From contig JBAYJO010000002.1 of NCBI GenBank assembly GCA_041665085.1, positions 19,413-83,412 on the forward strand: a stretch of DNA of 64,000 nucleotides. The letters are read 5' to 3'. Under the pieces are notes generated by a model that was not told where the DNA came from, made no database searches, and saw only the letters and a list, made by a program, of their open reading frames with translations. Shown one piece after another: positions 59,850-64,000 of the stretch. Every line of letters begins with the position of its first letter. Position 1 is the stretch's first letter. This DNA is from Patescibacteria group bacterium (GTDB taxonomy: Bacteria > Patescibacteriota > UBA1384 > JBAYJO01). Made by a program: the position numbers and the translations under genes.

Positions 59850-61688
59850 TTATTCCACTATTATATTCCAACAGGCTTGAGAATTAAACCAACCTACCCC
59901 ATCGATAACAGGATCAAAACATTCCAAATAATTTCCCTTTTGGCTAGGAGCAGTAATATCGATAGTGAAAGTACCATCATCTCCATAAGCAGTGCCATAA
60001 GATTGGAGATTTCCTCTTGCGTTAGCGCCTCCGGTGAAAACACTACCTCTGTCTCGTGGGTTTGTTTGACCAAGATAAATTGGATTTCTAGTTGGACCTC
60101 CTGCACGATACCAATTTGCGCCGGAAAGATTTTTGTATTTAATACCTAAAGTAGCCGTCTCTCCTGGTGCAAGATGGATTTTTGCATCAGCTGTATATGG
60201 CCATTGTGTTACATATTGAGCTCTTAAAGGATTACCAACTATAAATTCCCAATATACTTCAGTATTCATCCACGCAATTCCTTCCATGACAGGTCTGAAA
60301 TGCTCACCATAAACTCCCGGCTTTGAAGGTAATGTAATATCAAACTCAAAAGTCCCAACGCCATTCGGAGATACCGATGCCTCTGTCAAACTAGCAGCTC
60401 GGTTAGAGTTTACCCAAGAGCTTACTCTATCTCTTGGACTATCTGCACCTAAATGTACTGCGTTAGATCCATTTCTATACCAAGTATAAGGAGAATTATT
60501 TTTAAACTGAACTGTTGCTGTAACTGTTTGACCGGGAGATATTGGATTGCCATAAGAACCGGGTCCGGAAAATGGACCTTGAGTTCCATTAACATATTGA
60601 GCAGTAGGACTAACAACTTCTAAACTCCAAGAAAGGCAAGTGTTCATCCATGTTTTATATTCAGCCAATAATTCAAATTGCTCTGTGTATGTGCCAAAAG
60701 AACTCGGGGCAGTCGCATTAAAGGTAAAGGTTGTAGATTCTCCTGACGCAACCTCGCTATCAGCCATTTCTGCTCGAACATTAGCATTATTCAAAAAAAT
60801 ACTGTTTCGATCATGGGGACTAGAGGTTCCTAAATGAATCGGATTATTACCGTTTTTATACCAAGTAGCGGACCCGATATTCATTACCTGAACCCACAGA
60901 GTCATAGCTTCTCCCGGAACAAGTTTATAGCCATATGAACCGGCTCCATTATATGGACCTTGGGCAGTGATTTGAGCTGCGTATTCGGACATTAAAAACC
61001 AATTATTATATTTTTCCCAGAAATTGTGATTTCCATAATATATATAGGGAGTATAAATATACAAAGCTCGAGAAGCTTTATTAGCACATACCGAAGTAGA
61101 ACCGGCTCTATCTGAATATGTTTGAATATCATAGCATGCACCAGCTGCTGCTCTGTTGTAATTATTTTTTAATTGATTGGCGCCATAAGCAATTTGATTG
61201 CCTATTCCCTCAATCTCACCATAATTATCTTCATATGGACTTCCATCATAAAAACCCCATCCCATAGCTCTTCTTAAAGCATAATCATTACCGTATAAAA
61301 ATCTATCCGGATCCTGATCTGAAAAAAAACCTTGCTCTCTATATAGTATCGTTAAAATCACTCTAGGATTAATTCCGTGTTGGTGAGCTTCGTCATAAAT
61401 TGTTTGAGCAACTGACTTGCCGGCATTAACTTGATCGGATGGAATAGTATAATCTTTCAAAAGCGATTTTTTGTTATTTTTACTGTTTGTATGATTATTT
61501 ATAAAATTTTGAATATCAGACAAACTCATTGAGCTAGAATTTATAAATTCACCATCTGAAATAATATTATTGTAATCAAAACTTGCGGCTTGGGCCTTTG
61601 GGACAGACTTAAAAACACTCTTAAAATCAATATTTAAGCCACTTAAAATTACTCCTATGGCAACTATATAAATTATAGTTTTTTTCAT
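59850..61688 (-). CDS. secreted protein with N-terminal globular domain and three tandem ~115-aa beta-rich repeats
   Basis: signal peptide; repeats each containing WY[KR]NG...HLG...P[HR]DR motifs. Confidence 0.55.
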   Translation of the reverse strand: MKKTIIYIVAIGVILSGLNIDFKSVFKSVPKAQAASFDYNNIISDGEFINSSSMSLSDIQNFINNHTNSKNNKKSLLKDYTIPSDQVNAGKSVAQTIYDEAHQHGINPRVILTILYREQGFFSDQDPDRFLYGNDYALRRAMGWGFYDGSPYEDNYGEIEGIGNQIAYGANQLKNNYNRAAAGACYDIQTYSDRAGSTSVCANKASRALYIYTPYIYYGNHNFWEKYNNWFLMSEYAAQITAQGPYNGAGSYGYKLVPGEAMTLWVQVMNIGSATWYKNGNNPIHLGTSSPHDRNSIFLNNANVRAEMADSEVASGESTTFTFNATAPSSFGTYTEQFELLAEYKTWMNTCLSWSLEVVSPTAQYVNGTQGPFSGPGSYGNPISPGQTVTATVQFKNNSPYTWYRNGSNAVHLGADSPRDRVSSWVNSNRAASLTEASVSPNGVGTFEFDITLPSKPGVYGEHFRPVMEGIAWMNTEVYWEFIVGNPLRAQYVTQWPYTADAKIHLAPGETATLGIKYKNLSGANWYRAGGPTRNPIYLGQTNPRDRGSVFTGGANARGNLQSYGTAYGDDGTFTIDITAPSQKGNYLECFDPVIDGVGWFNSQACWNIIVE

Positions 61689-61740
61689 AAGCTCCTTTTT
61701 ATGTCTACATATATATTAAAGTAAAAAAAATGGGCTTTTG

Positions 61741-62427
61741 TCAAATCTGCTTGAAGTCGCCGCGGCAAATGGCGATGGCCCAGATTTTTTTGACTCCGGC
61801 TAGTTTTAAAATTCGAGCGACTTCCTCAACTGTGGCACCGGTTGTGATTACATCATCAACCAGCAGGACATTTGATATTTTATCTTCACTATCCCAAGTG
61901 AAGCTGCCACGAAGATTATTTTTTCTATCTCGTGCTTTTAGCTCTTTTTGAGGGCCAGTATATTTTATTTTTTTAAGAGATGTATTTATTGGCCAGTTGA
62001 AATGCTTGGAAATCTCCTCGGCCAAAAGCGCTGATTGATTATATCCTCTATCTCGAAGTTTTTTGGGATGCAGCGGAATTGGAATTATTGTGAAATTTTT
62101 CAAATCATTTTCTTCAAGTGTATTTATAAGTAATTTGCTTAAACTTTTTGCAATATCAAAAACATCATGGTATTTCATTTCGATTATTGCTTCCCTAGTC
62201 GCTCCTCCATAATGACAAGAAATCAATACACCAGATAAATTGCTTTTAGTTTTACATTTTTTGCAAACTTTGCCCTTTTCACTAACTCGATTGCAAAGAT
62301 AGCAAGTTTGCGTTTTTATAATATTTAACTTTTCCAAACATTTCTCACAAAACCAATCGTTTTCTTCCCCGCAGACAAAACAATTTTTTGGAAAAATCGT
62401 ATCTAATAACAGCTCTTTTATATTCAT
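61741..62427 (-). CDS. comFC: ComF family protein (phosphoribosyltransferase domain, ComFC-like)
   Basis: N-terminal Cys4 zinc finger (CFVCGEEN...CEKC), C-terminal PRTase motif LLVDDVITTGAT. Confidence 0.75.
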   Translation of the reverse strand: MNIKELLLDTIFPKNCFVCGEENDWFCEKCLEKLNIIKTQTCYLCNRVSEKGKVCKKCKTKSNLSGVLISCHYGGATREAIIEMKYHDVFDIAKSLSKLLINTLEENDLKNFTIIPIPLHPKKLRDRGYNQSALLAEEISKHFNWPINTSLKKIKYTGPQKELKARDRKNNLRGSFTWDSEDKISNVLLVDDVITTGATVEEVARILKLAGVKKIWAIAICRGDFKQI

Positions 62428-62518
62428 AAATTTTATTTATTAATAAACTTATCTTTATGATAATATAAAATAAATTACAATACACAAATCCCAAAATACA
62501 AATAAATAACAAAAAACA

Positions 62519-62878
62519 ATGAATGAAACAAAACCAGACAAAAAATATGATTTAGAAGATAGAACATTAAAATTCGCTGAAAATAGTGCTGTATTAGTCA
62601 AATCATTACCAAGAAATTTGATTAACTTAGAATATTCTAAACAATTTATTAGATCTTCCGCTTCGATAGGAGCAAATTACATCGAAGCAAATGAAGCATT
62701 AAGCAAAAAAGATTTTTTGATGAGAGTAAAAATATCTAGAAAAGAAGCTAAAGAAACTTTTTTTTGGTTAGTTTTATTAGAAAAAAATAATTCAACAGAA
62801 ATCCAAAAAATGGTAATACCTCTTAAGCAAGAAGTGACTGAATTGAAAAAAATCTTTTCTGCAATTATAATAAAATAG
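62519..62878 (+). CDS. four-helix-bundle protein (23S rRNA IVS/Avd-like), paralog 2
   Basis: SSASIGANYIEANEALSKKDF...SRKEAKETFFWL signature. Confidence 0.8.
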   Translation: MNETKPDKKYDLEDRTLKFAENSAVLVKSLPRNLINLEYSKQFIRSSASIGANYIEANEALSKKDFLMRVKISRKEAKETFFWLVLLEKNNSTEIQKMVIPLKQEVTELKKIFSAIIIK

Positions 62879-62957
62879 GATTTATTTTAGATTTGATTAT
62901 TTGATATTATTTGTAATTTGTAATTTGAAATTTGTAATTTAATCATAAGGAGGAAAT

Positions 62958-63347
62958 ATGGCTAAAGATCAACCAAAAGACCTAATAAATGACGAGGATT
63001 GGATGGAAGAATACGAGGGGCAACTGGCAATTGATGTTTATCAAACTGATGATGACATTGTGATTAAAGCTCCGATTGCTGGCGTAAAACCAGAGGATTT
63101 GGAAATATCGATCACTGATGATGTTGTTGTTATTAAAGGTGAAAGAAAAACAAACGCTGAAACAACTCGTGAAAATTATTATAGTCAGGAGTGTTATTGG
63201 GGAAGTTTTTCCAGATCCTATGCTCTACCGGTTGCAGTTGATAGCGAAAAAGCTCAAGCCGGACTAAAAGATGGAATTTTAACAATAGTTATTCCAAGAA
63301 TTGAAAAGAGCAAAACTCGAGTTTTGAAAATCCAGGCTGAAGACTAG
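62958..63347 (+). CDS. Hsp20/alpha-crystallin family small heat shock protein
   Basis: alpha-crystallin domain; GILTIVIPR motif; AGGAGG RBS. Confidence 0.9.
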   Translation: MAKDQPKDLINDEDWMEEYEGQLAIDVYQTDDDIVIKAPIAGVKPEDLEISITDDVVVIKGERKTNAETTRENYYSQECYWGSFSRSYALPVAVDSEKAQAGLKDGILTIVIPRIEKSKTRVLKIQAED

Positions 63348-63386
63348 TTTAATTTTAAATTTCAAATTTTAAATGAATTTTAAAAA

Positions 63387-63743
63387 ATGAATGATAAAAA
63401 TAAAATTTTTGATTTAGAAGAAAGAACGGCAAATTTTGGTGAAGATGTAATAGAATTCTGTCAAAATTGTAAAATTAATATTATTACTAAACCAATCATT
63501 AGCCAGATTATTAGATCGTCTACCAGCATAGGGGCAAATTATATGGAAGCAAATGGCGCAAGTTCCAAAAAAGATTTTAGAAATAAAATTCATTTTTGCA
63601 AAAAAGAAGCGCAGGAAACAAAACATTGGTTAAGAATGATGATTAAAGCAGATTCTGAATCAAAAGATATATCAACAAAATTATGGACTGAAGCCCAAGA
63701 GCTAACATTAATTTTCGGTAAAATTGCCGGTTCTTCAAAATAA
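63387..63743 (+). CDS. four-helix-bundle protein (23S rRNA IVS/Avd-like), paralog 3
   Basis: near-identical core to paralog 1 (RSSTSIGANYMEANGASSKKDFRNKIHFCKKEAQETKHWLRM). Confidence 0.8.
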   Translation: MNDKNKIFDLEERTANFGEDVIEFCQNCKINIITKPIISQIIRSSTSIGANYMEANGASSKKDFRNKIHFCKKEAQETKHWLRMMIKADSESKDISTKLWTEAQELTLIFGKIAGSSK

Positions 63744-63812
63744 TTTTTAAAATTTGTTATTTAAAATTGAATTAGAATTTATAATTTAAAATTTATAATT
63801 AACCTGATATTT

Positions 63813-64000
63813 ATGAAAAAAATTCGTAAAGCGGTAATACCAGCGGCGGGATTTGGAACAAGATTTTTACCTGCCACCAAGGCAATGCCGAAAGAAATGA
63901 TGCCGGTTGTTGATAAACCGGTTATTCAATATGTGGTTGAAAATGCAGTTGCATCAGGTATCGAGCAAATAATTATTATTACCGGTCTTAATAAACGAGC
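63813..64000 (+). CDS. galU: UTP--glucose-1-phosphate uridylyltransferase, 5' partial (continues past window end)
   Basis: [31 protein letters not shown] GalU N-terminal signature. Confidence 0.75.
   Translation, partial: MKKIRKAVIPAAGFGTRFLPATKAMPKEMMPVVDKPVIQYVVENAVASGIEQIIIITGLNKR

Overview
This window is AT-rich (about 30% GC) with compact, mostly co-directional genes. Together with the large S/T/P-rich proteins and the abundance of glycosyltransferases, it looks like a small-genome, CPR/Parcubacteria-like bacterium. That is an inference from composition and gene content only.

Housekeeping content:
- An M16 peptidase, uppP, a PAP2 phosphatase, a XerC/D-type recombinase and ychF.
- The rpsF-ssb-rpsR operon, efp, groES-groEL, a phosphomannomutase-like enzyme, a VanW protein and a membrane H+-pyrophosphatase.
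- comFC, hsp20 and the 5' end of galU.

Two large surface-glycan loci:
- 19.1-30.3 kb on the minus strand: GT2 and GT4 glycosyltransferases, two Wzy/O-antigen-ligase-like paralogs and a Wzx flippase.
- 35.4-59.8 kb: includes an apparent nonulosonic-acid (pseudaminic/legionaminic-like) pathway. Members are PseB-like, PseC-like, NeuB-family, CMP-sugar synthetase, LmbE deacetylase, WbqC, a hexapeptide acetyltransferase, a DegT aminotransferase and an AMP-forming ligase.

Accessory region at about 30.3-35.3 kb:
- tRNA-Arg, two tRNA-Ser genes with duplicated and degenerate trailers, and a tRNA-like fragment.
- A HepT/MntA toxin-antitoxin pair, a thioredoxin-like lipoprotein and a perfect 34-bp palindrome.

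Most striking signals:
- Three short, isolated islets at about 48-50% GC (5.5 kb, 14.6 kb and 33.7 kb). Each has a strong Shine-Dalgarno site and is closed by a GC-rich, near-perfect hairpin; islets B and C also carry a TTGACA-type -35. They encode an unknown 140-aa protein, a solo LuxR/GerE-type HTH regulator and a GHMP-kinase-like protein. They are flagged as candidate foreign or functionally linked cassettes.
- Three paralogous four-helix-bundle proteins (23S rRNA IVS/Avd-like), two of which bracket hsp20.
- Nested inverted repeats of an AAAGTTTGTAAAGT-type motif that bracket groES. No CIRCE element is present.

No CRISPR array, IS transposase or rRNA was found.
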